A stretch of DNA of 64,000 nucleotides from Collinsella aerofaciens (GCA_048291645.1 DBEZXT010000099.1:129-64128); one strand, 5' to 3'; positions 1 through 9,755 are shown, counted from the first letter of the stretch. A program made the numbers and translations. Notes: generated by a model from the sequence alone, not told the origin.

Positions 1-56
1 TCGCATCACGCGCCTCCGCTTTTCTCTTGCACTCCCATTCCGAAAGGATTTTCACC

Positions 57-629
57 ATGTCTCAGAACACCACCGCCACCCAGCCCCGCACCGTCCAGAC
101 CGCCGACCGTGGCAAACTCGATGTCCGCGCCCTCGTCCTGCTTGCCATCCTGCTCGCCGCCGGCTTCATCCTCAACTTCACCGTCGGCAAGGCCATCTCG
201 GGCATCTCGGGCGGCATGATCAGCCCCGAGTTCATCATCTCGGCCTTCTGCCTCACCATCCTGGTCGTTCGCCCCAACATCGGCCAGGCGCTCGTCATTG
301 GCCTTATCTCGGCTGCCGTGATCCAGATCACCACCACTTCGCCGTTCGTTGATTTTGCCGCCGAGGGCATCGCCGCCATGCTCATGGCCGGCATCGTCAA
401 CGCCGCCGGCAAGAACGGTCAAGTCAAGCCCGCCATCGCCATTGTCGCAACCTTCCTGACCACCTTTGTCTCCGGCGTCATCTTCATGGTCATCAAGATG
501 GCCATGCTCGGCGTGGTAGGCGAGCTCGCCGCCGCCATGCTGCCCGTCGTTGCCATGACCGCCGTCTTTAACGCCATTCTGGTCGGCGCCCTCTACTTGC
601 CCATCCAGAAGGCCCTGAGGCTCAACTAA
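57..629 (+). CDS. ECF transporter substrate-specific S component (TrpP-like)
   Basis: ~190 aa, about 6 hydrophobic helices, RBS GAAAGGA at 42-48, directly upstream of ECF ATPase and T genes. Confidence 0.75.
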   Translation: MSQNTTATQPRTVQTADRGKLDVRALVLLAILLAAGFILNFTVGKAISGISGGMISPEFIISAFCLTILVVRPNIGQALVIGLISAAVIQITTTSPFVDFAAEGIAAMLMAGIVNAAGKNGQVKPAIAIVATFLTTFVSGVIFMVIKMAMLGVVGELAAAMLPVVAMTAVFNAILVGALYLPIQKALRLN

Positions 630-635
630 CCCGCT

Positions 636-736
636 CGGCTTTACGAGCCACCCCATCTTGGCGTTCATTCGTCGCTCGCGTACCCAAGTACGCTTCACTC
701 CTCTTTCGCGCCAGCCTGGGGTCCCTCGTAAAGCCG
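636..736. repeat. Structured ~100 bp intergenic repeat, copy 1
   Basis: Outer IR CGGCTTTACGAG/CTCGTAAAGCCG; core matches 30912-31011 in the opposite orientation. Confidence 0.8.
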
Positions 737-781
737 TCTCCGTGCTTCACCACCAAAGACTGTCCCAAACAACTAGCTCTT

Positions 782-821
782 GGGGACGTTCTTAAACGAC
801 TAGTCATGTAAGAACGTCTCC
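782..821. repeat. REP-like palindrome
   Basis: GGGGACGTTCTTA-AACGACTAGTCATG-TAAGAACGTCTCC inverted repeat. Confidence 0.55.
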
Positions 822-841
822 AATGACTATGAAAGGTATCC

Positions 842-2593
842 ATGGAAACGATCATCAACGTCGACGATGTCTCGTTCTCCTATGGCACGCAGACCGAGCA
901 GGCGCTCAGCCACATCTCGCTCAGCGTGAACAAGGGAGATTTCATCGGCATCATCGGGCCCTCGGGCGCCGGCAAGTCCACGCTTGCCGCCTGCCTGTCG
1001 GGTGCCGTGCCCCACCACTACACCGGCACGTTCTTTGGGTCCGTCATGGTCGACGGCCACGACACCTGCGAAGTCTCGCTCACCGACGTCTCGCAAATCG
1101 TCGGCAGTGTGCTGCAGGATATCGACACGCAGATGGTCGCTTCGGTCGTCGAGGACGAGATGCTCTTTGGCCTCGAGAACTTTGGCGTTCCCCACGACCA
1201 GATCGAGCAGCGCGTGAGCGAAACGCTCGAGACCGTCGGCATCAGCGACCTGCGCGACCGCGAGATCGCCACCCTCTCGGGCGGACAGAAGCAAAAAGTG
1301 GCCATCGCCGCCATCCTCGCCATGCGTCCGCGCGTCTTGGTTCTCGACGAGCCCACCGCGGCACTCGACCCCGCCAGCTCCACGCTGGTTTTCGAGACCC
1401 TGCGTGAGGCCAACCGTGCACTCGGCATCACCATCGTCGTCGTTGAGCAAAAGGTCGCCCTGCTTTCGGAGTACTGCAACCGCGTGCTCGTGCTCAATCA
1501 TGGCGAAATCGCGCTGCAGGGCGAGCCACACGAGGTCTTCGCGCATACCGACGAGCTCCGTGCCATCGGCGTCGACTGCCCTCGCGTCACGCGTATCTTC
1601 AATAGCCTCGAAACCGATGGCCTGGTAAGCGGCACCCCCTGCTTGGATGTCGATGAGGCCGAGCGCCTGATTTCGGGCATCGTCGACCCCGCACACGCGG
1701 CTATCGAAGCCCAGGCGCCCGCCGGTTCCCCGCATGCACCGTCGTTGCGTCCTCATGCCAAGGACGCCGAACCCGTACTCACCTTCGACCATGTTGAGTT
1801 TGCCTATCCCAATGGCGGAGCCGCCGTACACGACCTTAGCCTGACGCTCTATCCTGGCGAGCTCGTGGGCATCGTCGGCCAAAACGGCGCCGGCAAGACC
1901 ACGCTCACCAAACTGCTCACAGGCCTGCTTAAGCCCGCCTCGGGCAGCGTGCGCGTCACGGGACTGGATACCGCAGCCGTTCCCACGAGCCGCATCGCTC
2001 GCGAGGTCGCAACGCTCTTCCAAAACCCCGACCGCCAGATCTGCAAGGACACCGTGCTCGACGAGGTCGCCTTTGGCTTGGAGTTTGGCGGCATGGACCG
2101 TGCCGAGGCTCTGCGTCGTGCCCAACTCGTCATCGACCGCTTTGGCTTGCCGGCCGACGAGGCGCCCTTCTCGCTCTCGCGCGGTCAGCGACAAATGGTG
2201 GCGCTTGCCTCCGTCGTAGTGGTTGAGCCCAAGATCGTCGTGCTCGACGAGCCCACGAGCGGCCTTGATTACCGCGAGTGCATGACCGTCATGGAAACGG
2301 TGCGCACCATGGCCGAGCACGGTTGCGCCGTTATCATGGTTTGCCACGATATGGAAGTCGTCTCGGATTTTGCCGAGCGCATTGTGGTAATGGCCGACGG
2401 TCGCATCCTCGACCGCGGCCGCACGCACGAGCTATTCTCGAACATCGATCTCATGCAGCGTGCCTACGTTGAGCCGCCCCAGGTCATCGAACTCTCGCGC
2501 CGTCTGGCATCTTCCGTCTCGCCCGCTTTTGCGCAGGTGAGCGAGGTCACCGATGTCGTTCGAATTACCAAGGAGATGGTCCACCGTGGTTAA
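842..2593 (+). CDS. ECF transporter fused double ATPase (EcfA-A')
   Basis: Two ABC domains: GPSGAGKS/LSGGQ/LDEPT and GQNGAGKT/LSRGQ/LDEPT. Confidence 0.92.
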   Translation: METIINVDDVSFSYGTQTEQALSHISLSVNKGDFIGIIGPSGAGKSTLAACLSGAVPHHYTGTFFGSVMVDGHDTCEVSLTDVSQIVGSVLQDIDTQMVASVVEDEMLFGLENFGVPHDQIEQRVSETLETVGISDLRDREIATLSGGQKQKVAIAAILAMRPRVLVLDEPTAALDPASSTLVFETLREANRALGITIVVVEQKVALLSEYCNRVLVLNHGEIALQGEPHEVFAHTDELRAIGVDCPRVTRIFNSLETDGLVSGTPCLDVDEAERLISGIVDPAHAAIEAQAPAGSPHAPSLRPHAKDAEPVLTFDHVEFAYPNGGAAVHDLSLTLYPGELVGIVGQNGAGKTTLTKLLTGLLKPASGSVRVTGLDTAAVPTSRIAREVATLFQNPDRQICKDTVLDEVAFGLEFGGMDRAEALRRAQLVIDRFGLPADEAPFSLSRGQRQMVALASVVVVEPKIVVLDEPTSGLDYRECMTVMETVRTMAEHGCAVIMVCHDMEVVSDFAERIVVMADGRILDRGRTHELFSNIDLMQRAYVEPPQVIELSRRLASSVSPAFAQVSEVTDVVRITKEMVHRG

Positions 2594-3332
2594 CGTCATC
2601 GACTACATGCCGGGTGACACGCTGCTGCATCGCCTGAACCCCGTCGTCAAACTGGGCCTCGCCGCCGCCATCATCGTCGGCATCTTCTTGTCCGACGCCT
2701 ACGTGGCGCTGCTGGGCTTTTTGGCACTCACCCTTGCGCTGGGTGCCTATGCCGGTGTCATCGACCGTCTGCTCTCGCTGCTCAAGTTGCTGATTCCGCT
2801 CGCGCTTATCATGCTGGTGCTCCAGCTGGCCTTTATGCGCGATGGCAACGTGGTGTGGAACTTTATCACCGACACGGGTCTCATCACAGGATCGAAGGCC
2901 TGCCTGCGCCTGCTGGGCGTGGCGTTACCACTCATCCTCATGCTCATGGTGACCAAGCTCAACGACCTTGCCAACGCCTGCGTCGAGGTGCTGCACGTGC
3001 CGTATCGCTATGCCTTCACCTTTACCACGGCGCTGCGCTTTGTGCCGGTGTTTGGTCAGGAGATGAACGCCATCATGGAGGCGCAGACCGCACGCGGCGT
3101 CGAGTACGACACCAAGAACCCCATCAAGAAGCTTAAGCTCATGCTGCCACTGTGTGTGCCACTGCTCATCTCGAGCGTGGGCAAGACCGATGCCACAGCC
3201 TTGGCGGCAGAACAGCGCGGCTTCTATCTGCGTACGCGCGCCAGCTCGTACAAGCGCTACCCCATCAAGGGCCTGGACATCGCCGTACTCATCGTCAGCA
3301 TCGCCCTCATCGCCATCGGCTTCCTGTTCTAG
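2586..3332 (+). CDS. ecfT: ECF transporter transmembrane T component
   Basis: LHRLNP start, ALRFVP, AQTARG and EQRGF motifs; GTG start overlaps ATPase end. Confidence 0.9.
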   Translation: MVNVIDYMPGDTLLHRLNPVVKLGLAAAIIVGIFLSDAYVALLGFLALTLALGAYAGVIDRLLSLLKLLIPLALIMLVLQLAFMRDGNVVWNFITDTGLITGSKACLRLLGVALPLILMLMVTKLNDLANACVEVLHVPYRYAFTFTTALRFVPVFGQEMNAIMEAQTARGVEYDTKNPIKKLKLMLPLCVPLLISSVGKTDATALAAEQRGFYLRTRASSYKRYPIKGLDIAVLIVSIALIAIGFLF

Positions 3333-3361
3333 TTCACCACCGACAGCAACCGCCCAACGCA

Positions 3362-3398
3362 AAAGGCCTCGGCTCGCACCAAACGAGCCGAGGCCTTT
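3362..3398. terminator. Bidirectional intrinsic terminator
   Basis: AAAGGCCTCGGCTCG/CGAGCCGAGGCCTTT hairpin between convergent genes. Confidence 0.8.
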
Positions 3399-3416
3399 AC
3401 TGTTTCACCAGATAAA

Positions 3417-3451
3417 ACCTACCAAAATTAACCTGTCCCTTTTTGACAGGT
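3417..3451. repeat. REP-like element, family ACCTACCAAAA..CCTGTCCCTTTTTGACAGGT
   Basis: Near-identical to 56285-56319; related to 55559-55628. Confidence 0.7.
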
Positions 3452-3457
3452 CGGAAG

Positions 3458-4204
3458 CTAGAGGCGGTAGGGAGCGCCGCTGCGGATGATGGATTCGCGC
3501 ACCAGGACATCCATGGCGTCGAGGGTGATCTCGGGCATCTCTCGGTACTTTTGCAGCACCGAGAGCTCGGTGCAGGCCAGAATGACGCGGTCGCAGCCGC
3601 TACGGGCAAACTCCCACATCACACGGTCGAACTTATCCATATCGGGCTCACGCCCGGCCTTCACATCATCGTAGATAAGCGACATCACATCGTTCTGACG
3701 TTTCTCACTGGGATAGACAACCTCAACACCCGCAGCCTTACATTCGCGGCCGTAGACGCCCGCGCCCACGGTGCCATCGGTTCCCATAATGCCAATCTTG
3801 TGCACCGGCTCGGCCGGCATACTCAGGTTGGGATCGAACTCGCACTCCCCCATCACCGCACCGGCCAGAGCATAGCGCACCGACTCACGCGGCATGTGGA
3901 TAATCGGCACCTTCGTAAACGACTGGATCTGGTCGTAGAAGTAGTGCGACGTGTTGCAGGGAATGGCAATGTGCGCACAGCCCAGCGACTCGAGTGCCTG
4001 GGCGCACTCTTTCATGGTCGCCAGCAGCTTGGCATGCTCGCCGGTCTTAATGGCCAACGTGCGGTCGGGCATGGTCGACTTGGAGAGCACCACCATGTCG
4101 ATATGTTCCTGATCGCAGGCAGCAGCCGTATGACGCACCACCTGGTCGTAGTAATACGACGTGGCCTCGGCGCCCATACCGCCGATAACTCCCAGCTTTT
4201 CCAT
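3458..4204 (-). CDS. Aspartate racemase
   Basis: LGVIGGMG start, IPCNTSH and LACTEL two-cysteine racemase motifs; RBS AAGGAGG. Confidence 0.9.
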   Translation of the reverse strand: MEKLGVIGGMGAEATSYYYDQVVRHTAAACDQEHIDMVVLSKSTMPDRTLAIKTGEHAKLLATMKECAQALESLGCAHIAIPCNTSHYFYDQIQSFTKVPIIHMPRESVRYALAGAVMGECEFDPNLSMPAEPVHKIGIMGTDGTVGAGVYGRECKAAGVEVVYPSEKRQNDVMSLIYDDVKAGREPDMDKFDRVMWEFARSGCDRVILACTELSVLQKYREMPEITLDAMDVLVRESIIRSGAPYRL

Positions 4205-4288
4205 CGCCGCCTCCTTGGTGACGCTTGCGCAATTGCGCGTATCATACCCGCGCCCGCCCGAAGCAAACCGGACGGGCGCCGCGCTCAT

Positions 4289-5545
4289 CTACTTGTAATA
4301 CGTCTTGAACAGCTTAAAGTGGCGCAGCTTGGTGTGCCACATGCGCAGCCAGCGATTAAAGACAAAGTCGCCCTTCATAAACGAAGGGTCGGCGCCCTTG
4401 CCTTCCTTGTCCAGGCGATGCACCTTAGCGCGCAGCTCGGGATCCTTGACGTACTTGTCGACGACGCCCATGGGAACGACCATCCACAGCGCCTCGTCCT
4501 GTGCCGTCACAAACTCCGGCTCAAACGGGCGGTCGAACACATACTCGTCCACCACATACTTGGCAACGTTAAAGCCGCTGTTGGTAACGTAGTAGTTGCT
4601 GCGGCCCTGGCGCGTGTTGAAATCGAAGAACTTAAACGAGCCGTCGCGCTCGTCGTACTTAACGTCAAAGTTGGAATAACCTACAAAGTTCAGGTCCTCG
4701 AGCAGCTTGCGCACGCCGCCCATGAGCTCGTCATTGGGCTCGGTAATGATGCAGGCATGGTTGCCGACACCGTGAGGCTGATGCTCCTCGAGCAGCACGT
4801 GACCCAGGCACATCATGCGGACCTTGCCGTTGCGGTCGGAATAGCTGGTGAGCACGCGCATGTACTCGTCGTTGCCGGGCACGCGATCCTGCAAGATCAG
4901 GTCGTCGGTGTAGCCGCTGGCATACGAATCGCGAATGACCTGTTCCAGCTCGGCGCGGTCGGCAATCTCATAGGCCTTCTTCTGGCCCTCGAACTCATGC
5001 TGCCACCACATGATGCCGTCAGAAGGCTTCAGAATCATCGGGTAAGGAAAATCGATCTGGTCGAGCACTTCGGCAGGCGCCTCACCCTGGGCGTTCAGCA
5101 TCGCCATGGTGAAGGTAAAGGTGTGCGGATAGGGCACGCCATGCTTCTCGCACAGCTCGTAGAAGATCTCCTTCTTCTGGCACTGCTCAAGCATGCTATA
5201 GGGAGCGTAAGGCGCGACGATGTTATCCGCCAACTCATGGGCATCCTTGGCTTGAGCCACGAGAGCGACATAGTTGTCACCACAGCCCACAAGGACAATC
5301 GTCTTATCGGCATGCGCTTGGGCAATGCCGTTGACGGTTTTGAGCATCACGGGCATGGTATCGATATCCACGTTGGGCGTGTAGTCGATAATCTGGCTGC
5401 GGTACGCGGGACCCGTCTGATACTTGCCAAAGACCAGACTCTTGACCTGGTACTCCTCGTAGAAGGCACGCGCCACCGAATAGGCGTTGATGTCGCCACC
5501 AAGCAGCACGGGAATGAACTCGCGCTCTGTAAATTGCAATGCCAT
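4289..5545 (-). CDS. D-aspartate ligase (ATP-grasp; peptidoglycan cross-bridge)
   Basis: PVLLGGDINAYSVARAF, ILKPSD, NFDVKYD and FNTRQGRS motifs of the Aslfm family; adjacent to racemase. Confidence 0.88.
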   Translation of the reverse strand: MALQFTEREFIPVLLGGDINAYSVARAFYEEYQVKSLVFGKYQTGPAYRSQIIDYTPNVDIDTMPVMLKTVNGIAQAHADKTIVLVGCGDNYVALVAQAKDAHELADNIVAPYAPYSMLEQCQKKEIFYELCEKHGVPYPHTFTFTMAMLNAQGEAPAEVLDQIDFPYPMILKPSDGIMWWQHEFEGQKKAYEIADRAELEQVIRDSYASGYTDDLILQDRVPGNDEYMRVLTSYSDRNGKVRMMCLGHVLLEEHQPHGVGNHACIITEPNDELMGGVRKLLEDLNFVGYSNFDVKYDERDGSFKFFDFNTRQGRSNYYVTNSGFNVAKYVVDEYVFDRPFEPEFVTAQDEALWMVVPMGVVDKYVKDPELRAKVHRLDKEGKGADPSFMKGDFVFNRWLRMWHTKLRHFKLFKTYYK

Positions 5546-5777
5546 GGAAACTTCCTATCATGAACTGCCCACACAACGGGCGGTCTTTGCGCAACTGATT
5601 TATTCTAGCGTGCCAAGCCGCCGGCGCCCAAAGCTCCACCGTATCTATGGCAATCAACGTAATTGTCCAGCACGAAGGCCAGCACGAAGACGGCGCTCAC
5701 CGTTGTATGACAATGGGCAATGAACCTACCATTGTTGTAGGATTCAACATGTTGCCCGCCCCGTCGAAAGGTGCACC

Positions 5778-6410
5778 GTGCCCCAGGTTCATCCGATCAA
5801 CAACCCCATCATTGACGCCGCCAAGCGCGAACTTGCGGATCGTGCCCAGACGGCAGTTCCCCTACGCACCGCAAACGATGCTTACAACGGGCCTGCCCGT
5901 ATCGTCTCAATCAACACGTCGGAGCACAAAGGCACTCGCAAGTCGCCCGTCGCCGATGGACGCGACACCGTCATCGAGCAATTTGGCCTCGCTACCGATG
6001 CGCACGCCGGACATTGGCACCGCCAGGTCTCTTTTTTAGCCGCGGAGTCCATCCAGACGGCGCAGGCACGCGGGCTCGACGTACACGAGGGTGACTTTGG
6101 AGAGAACTTCACCACGCAAGGCATCAATCTACTCTCGCTCCCCCTGGGAACGCAGCTCAAGATTGGCAACGATGTCCTGGTCGAAATCAGTCAGATCGGT
6201 AAGGTCTGCCACACCCGCTGTGCCATCTACTATCTCGCCGGCGACTGCATCTTTCCCCACGAGGGCGTTTTTGGCGTGGTGCTAAAGGGCGGAGAGGTCC
6301 ATACCGGCGACGAAATCCAGGTGGTCAAGCTCGGCGACGGCACTTGCTCGTTCACCCCCGCCGAGGCGCTCGAAGAGATTGAGCAGGCTCGCCAGGAGGG
6401 CACGCTGTAG
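5778..6410 (+). CDS. MOSC domain protein
   Basis: DAHAG..HRQVS, GDFGEN, QIGKVCH..C and GDCIFP motifs. Confidence 0.85.
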   Translation: MPQVHPINNPIIDAAKRELADRAQTAVPLRTANDAYNGPARIVSINTSEHKGTRKSPVADGRDTVIEQFGLATDAHAGHWHRQVSFLAAESIQTAQARGLDVHEGDFGENFTTQGINLLSLPLGTQLKIGNDVLVEISQIGKVCHTRCAIYYLAGDCIFPHEGVFGVVLKGGEVHTGDEIQVVKLGDGTCSFTPAEALEEIEQARQEGTL

Positions 6411-6475
6411 TTGTAAAACCCCACGTTGAGATAGCTTTTACAGCCCAAAGCTCCTCTTAAACAGGCCCCCGTAAC

Positions 6476-6583
6476 GTTAAAGTTGAACTCTATGGTTTCT
6501 CAACAATTCATCATAACTGCAGGTCAAAGCCAAAGCCTCAAGTTCAACTTGACCCTTTGGAACCTTTAAGGTTCAAGTTGAGG
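6476..6583. promoter_or_regulatory. Three 7-1-7 palindromes TCAAGTT-N-AACTTGA (MerR-type operator-like)
   Basis: Perfect copy at 6538-6552; degenerate copies at 6478-6492 and 6567-6581. Confidence 0.5.
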
Positions 6584-6644
6584 TCGAAAGCAGTAGTAGA
6601 ATACCGTTCGAACCATAACCTACGATTGATTGCAGAGGGACTGG

Positions 6645-7778
6645 ATGCAGCATTCGAATCATCGCACCGCAGCGCTCATTGCGTCGAAGCCGGCTCGTAT
6701 CATCACGAGCGCCGCGCTCGCCGTTGCGCTGACGGCCTCGCCGATGCTCTCCCCCGTTGCGGCGTATGCCGCCTCGCAGGCAACGCAGGACCAGCTTTCC
6801 GCAGCCCAGCAGAAGATCGAAGCCGCCACGAGCGCCTACAACGACGCCCGCACCAAACTCGATGACCTGCAAAAGCAGATTGACTCCAATGAGGCAAGCA
6901 TCGAGGAAATCGAGGCTAAGCTTCCCGAGCAGCAGGCCAAGGCAAGCTCCGCCATGCGCGATCTGTACAAGTATCAGAAGGGCACCAATCCCATCGTGAG
7001 CTTCCTGGTCAACGCGCAGAGCCTGGGTGAGTTCATCACGACCTGCAAATACACCAACCAGATCACGAGCTCGAGCGTCGACGAGATCGAAGAGCTCAAT
7101 AACATGCAAACCGAACTCGAGCAGAACAAGGCCGAGCTCCAGCAAGCCAAGTCTCAGCTTGAGGCAGAGCAGAAAAACGCCGAGGATGCGCTGGCGCAGG
7201 CCCAGCAGCTCCGCAGCGAGGCACAGGCAAAAGCAGAGCAGGAAAATGCCGCCGAGCTTGCCAAGCTTGAGGCCGATAAGGCCGCTGCCGCCGAGAAGCT
7301 CTCGGGCGAGGGCGTAAGCGGCAGCAATTCCAGCAGCCAGGCCACCAACACCAACACCACCATCGACACCACGGTGAACAACGCCAATACCGGTAGCTCC
7401 GATTACGATTCGTTCATTAATGAGTGGACGAGCCGCATCGACAATTATCTCGCCGGCTCCCCCATGGCAGGCCAGGGCTACAACTTTGCCGTCGCCGCTT
7501 GGAATACCGGTGTCGACCCCCGTTGGTCCCCCGCCATCGCCTGCATCGAGAGCACAAAGGGTGCTTATTGCGCCAATTCTTACAACGCCTGGGGCTGGAG
7601 TGCACGTGGCGGCGGTTGGCGCAGCTTTGGCAGCTGGAGCGAGGGCATCTCCGCTCACGTTGCCTATCTGGGCGCCAACTACGGCTCCACCCTTACCCCG
7701 GCTGCGGCCAAAAAGTACTGCCCGCCCACGTGGCAGGACTGGTACAACAAAGTCGCCGCTCAGATGAACCGCATCTAA
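6645..7778 (+). CDS. Secreted coiled-coil (PcsB/CwlO-like) cell wall hydrolase with C-terminal lysozyme-like domain
   Basis: Signal peptide ending AYA, long coiled coil, S/N/T-rich linker, AIACIES..G..NAWGW catalytic-like region. Confidence 0.75.
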   Translation: MQHSNHRTAALIASKPARIITSAALAVALTASPMLSPVAAYAASQATQDQLSAAQQKIEAATSAYNDARTKLDDLQKQIDSNEASIEEIEAKLPEQQAKASSAMRDLYKYQKGTNPIVSFLVNAQSLGEFITTCKYTNQITSSSVDEIEELNNMQTELEQNKAELQQAKSQLEAEQKNAEDALAQAQQLRSEAQAKAEQENAAELAKLEADKAAAAEKLSGEGVSGSNSSSQATNTNTTIDTTVNNANTGSSDYDSFINEWTSRIDNYLAGSPMAGQGYNFAVAAWNTGVDPRWSPAIACIESTKGAYCANSYNAWGWSARGGGWRSFGSWSEGISAHVAYLGANYGSTLTPAAAKKYCPPTWQDWYNKVAAQMNRI

Positions 7779-7788
7779 GTGCAACTGC

Positions 7789-7812
7789 AAAGGGCCCCAA
7801 TGGGGCCCTTTT
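7789..7812. terminator. Intrinsic terminator
   Basis: AAAGGGCCCCA/TGGGGCCCTTTT hairpin between convergent genes. Confidence 0.8.
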
Positions 7813-7815
7813 CTT

Positions 7816-9195
7816 TTAGGTAGCGGAGGTATCGACGACGCCGGTCGCATTGGCAACCGCGACTATGACGATCATACATAGGAGCAACACACCCAATGCC
7901 TTGAGCCAGAGTTTCGCGAGCTTCTTGCCGCGATAGCTGTCGAGCAGTGCGAATCGCCGACGAAGACGGCGCTTATCGAGCAGCGCAAAATGCATAAGCA
8001 CCATAAGGCCATCGACAAAGAAAAAATACTCGATTATGAGAAGCCACGTCGGGTAGCTTTGGGTTGCTCCGGTGGGATGAAAGACGGCAAAGTGACTTCC
8101 GGCAAAGAACACAAGCAGCGAGAAGCAGACGAGCGTATTCCAAATGCGCCCCAGAGACTCCGGAGCGCGAGAGAGCAGACCGCATGCAACGGAGGCGGCA
8201 GGCCTAGGAAGCCCTGCGGGGTTCTGGAACCCTTGGGGCGTCAACACCGTCTCCGAGTCTGGAGTACGGACAGGCGCAGGCGCAGGAGGCCGCACGGGGC
8301 GACTCAGATCGTATGCCGCGCGCGTCGCCCGTCCCAACGCTTCCGCACTCGCAAAACGCTTGGCCGGATCGAGCGCCATCGACATGCAGACGGCATCGGC
8401 AAGTGGAGTGGGAATGCCGCGCGCCTCGCATTGCTCGCGCATGTCGAGCCCTGGTTTAGGGTCGACTCCCGTCAAGCAGAAGAACAACAGAGCGCCAAGT
8501 GCGTAGACGTCGCTGCGCACACTCGTCTGCCCAAACCCATACTGCTCGGGCGGCGCATAGGGCCGTGTCCCAAACTTGACGGTGTCGGCATCGGCGCCAT
8601 CGTGCCATACGCGCGCGATCCCCAGGTCGATAATCACCAGCGATGAAAATGTCAGGCCGTCATCAGGCATATAGTTGGCACCTGTCACGATGATATTCGA
8701 CGGCTTGAGGTCGCGATGGATCACCGGCACCGACGTCTCCCCCGCTATTGCAAAACCGGCGTGGAGCTCGCCCACGGCATCGCATAGGGCAGGATACAAT
8801 TCACGCGCATAATCGGGGGTGGCTCCCAGACGGTCCACCAGCGCCCCGAGCGTCTCCCCTTCGATGTATTCCATAACCACGTTGAGCTCGTCGCCCACAC
8901 GACGACAATCGACGATTCTGGGCAGGTGCTCAAAACGCCTGCCTGCCCGCTGAGCGGCAAACAGACGCTCGTATGCCCCGCCGATTTGAGCCGAAGCATC
9001 GATGCGTTTACGGACAAAGGGGCCGAGCGAACCACCGCCGGTTCCTTCAAAGTACACGAGCTCGGTTGCTTCAACGGACGAGCGCTTAAGTACACGCTCC
9101 ACGCGATAGCTGTCGTCGCGATCGAGCGACGCCAGGTGCTCGGCAAGCGCTGCGGTCAGCTCGTCATCGGAATATGTTGGGCTCTGAGTATCCAT
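7816..9195 (-). CDS. Hanks-type Ser/Thr protein kinase with C-terminal transmembrane helices
   Basis: VMEYIEG, IHRDLKPSNI, IDLG, GT..YAPPEQ, SDVYALG; RBS GGAGG. Confidence 0.9.
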   Translation of the reverse strand: MDTQSPTYSDDELTAALAEHLASLDRDDSYRVERVLKRSSVEATELVYFEGTGGGSLGPFVRKRIDASAQIGGAYERLFAAQRAGRRFEHLPRIVDCRRVGDELNVVMEYIEGETLGALVDRLGATPDYARELYPALCDAVGELHAGFAIAGETSVPVIHRDLKPSNIIVTGANYMPDDGLTFSSLVIIDLGIARVWHDGADADTVKFGTRPYAPPEQYGFGQTSVRSDVYALGALLFFCLTGVDPKPGLDMREQCEARGIPTPLADAVCMSMALDPAKRFASAEALGRATRAAYDLSRPVRPPAPAPVRTPDSETVLTPQGFQNPAGLPRPAASVACGLLSRAPESLGRIWNTLVCFSLLVFFAGSHFAVFHPTGATQSYPTWLLIIEYFFFVDGLMVLMHFALLDKRRLRRRFALLDSYRGKKLAKLWLKALGVLLLCMIVIVAVANATGVVDTSAT

Positions 9196-9293
9196 AGCCT
9201 CCATCATAGCGCAGGGCGCAGACACCCCATGGCATCCGCGCCCCGTTCGTTTGCATCGTTGTTCGACAGCTCTACCGGCTCAGATATCAGCCG

Positions 9294-9716
9294 CTAACTC
9301 ACCGTCTCCTCGCCAAAGCGATACAGTTCCTCGTTGACCTTTTGGAGACTGCACCCGCGATCGATGCAAAAGATGATAATCGCATCGCGGCGGTCCTTGC
9401 AGTTAAGGACGCTTACCCCGGCAGCCGTCAGCGCACGGTTGGTCTCTTTGAGCGTCAGCGCCATCGCAAAGGCAATCTGCAGCACCTTATTGCGACTCGG
9501 ATGACGCGCACCGGTAAAGATCTGATAACCAAAGGTCTCATTGAGATCAGCCATACGGACCACGCGCGAGCGCTCCAAGCCCTTTTCCCGCAGTAGCTGC
9601 TTCAGGTAGTCCGAAAGCGACGGGGCGGCAAAGTCGTGCTCTCTGATATAGCCATCGATGTTCGGCGCATCGAGAAGCTCATTGAGCAACTCCTCGGTCA
9701 GCTTTTTTTCGGACAT
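9294..9716 (-). CDS. XRE-family HTH regulator
   Basis: YQIFTGARHPSRNKVLQIAFAM HTH pattern. Confidence 0.75.
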   Translation of the reverse strand: MSEKKLTEELLNELLDAPNIDGYIREHDFAAPSLSDYLKQLLREKGLERSRVVRMADLNETFGYQIFTGARHPSRNKVLQIAFAMALTLKETNRALTAAGVSVLNCKDRRDAIIIFCIDRGCSLQKVNEELYRFGEETVS

Positions 9717-9755
9717 ACGACTTCACCTCCCATACGGCGCAACGGTAGCGACATG

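Noticed and set aside
1..56. Possible T-box or riboswitch tail before the ECF S component
   Set aside because: Too little upstream sequence in the window to support it
827..5563. Long ORFs 827-2428 (-) and 3443-5563 (+), and similar antisense ORFs such as 22033-23844, 29389-30990 and 53748-55499
   Set aside because: They are shadow frames opposite well-supported genes, as expected in high-GC DNA, and have no motifs or RBS
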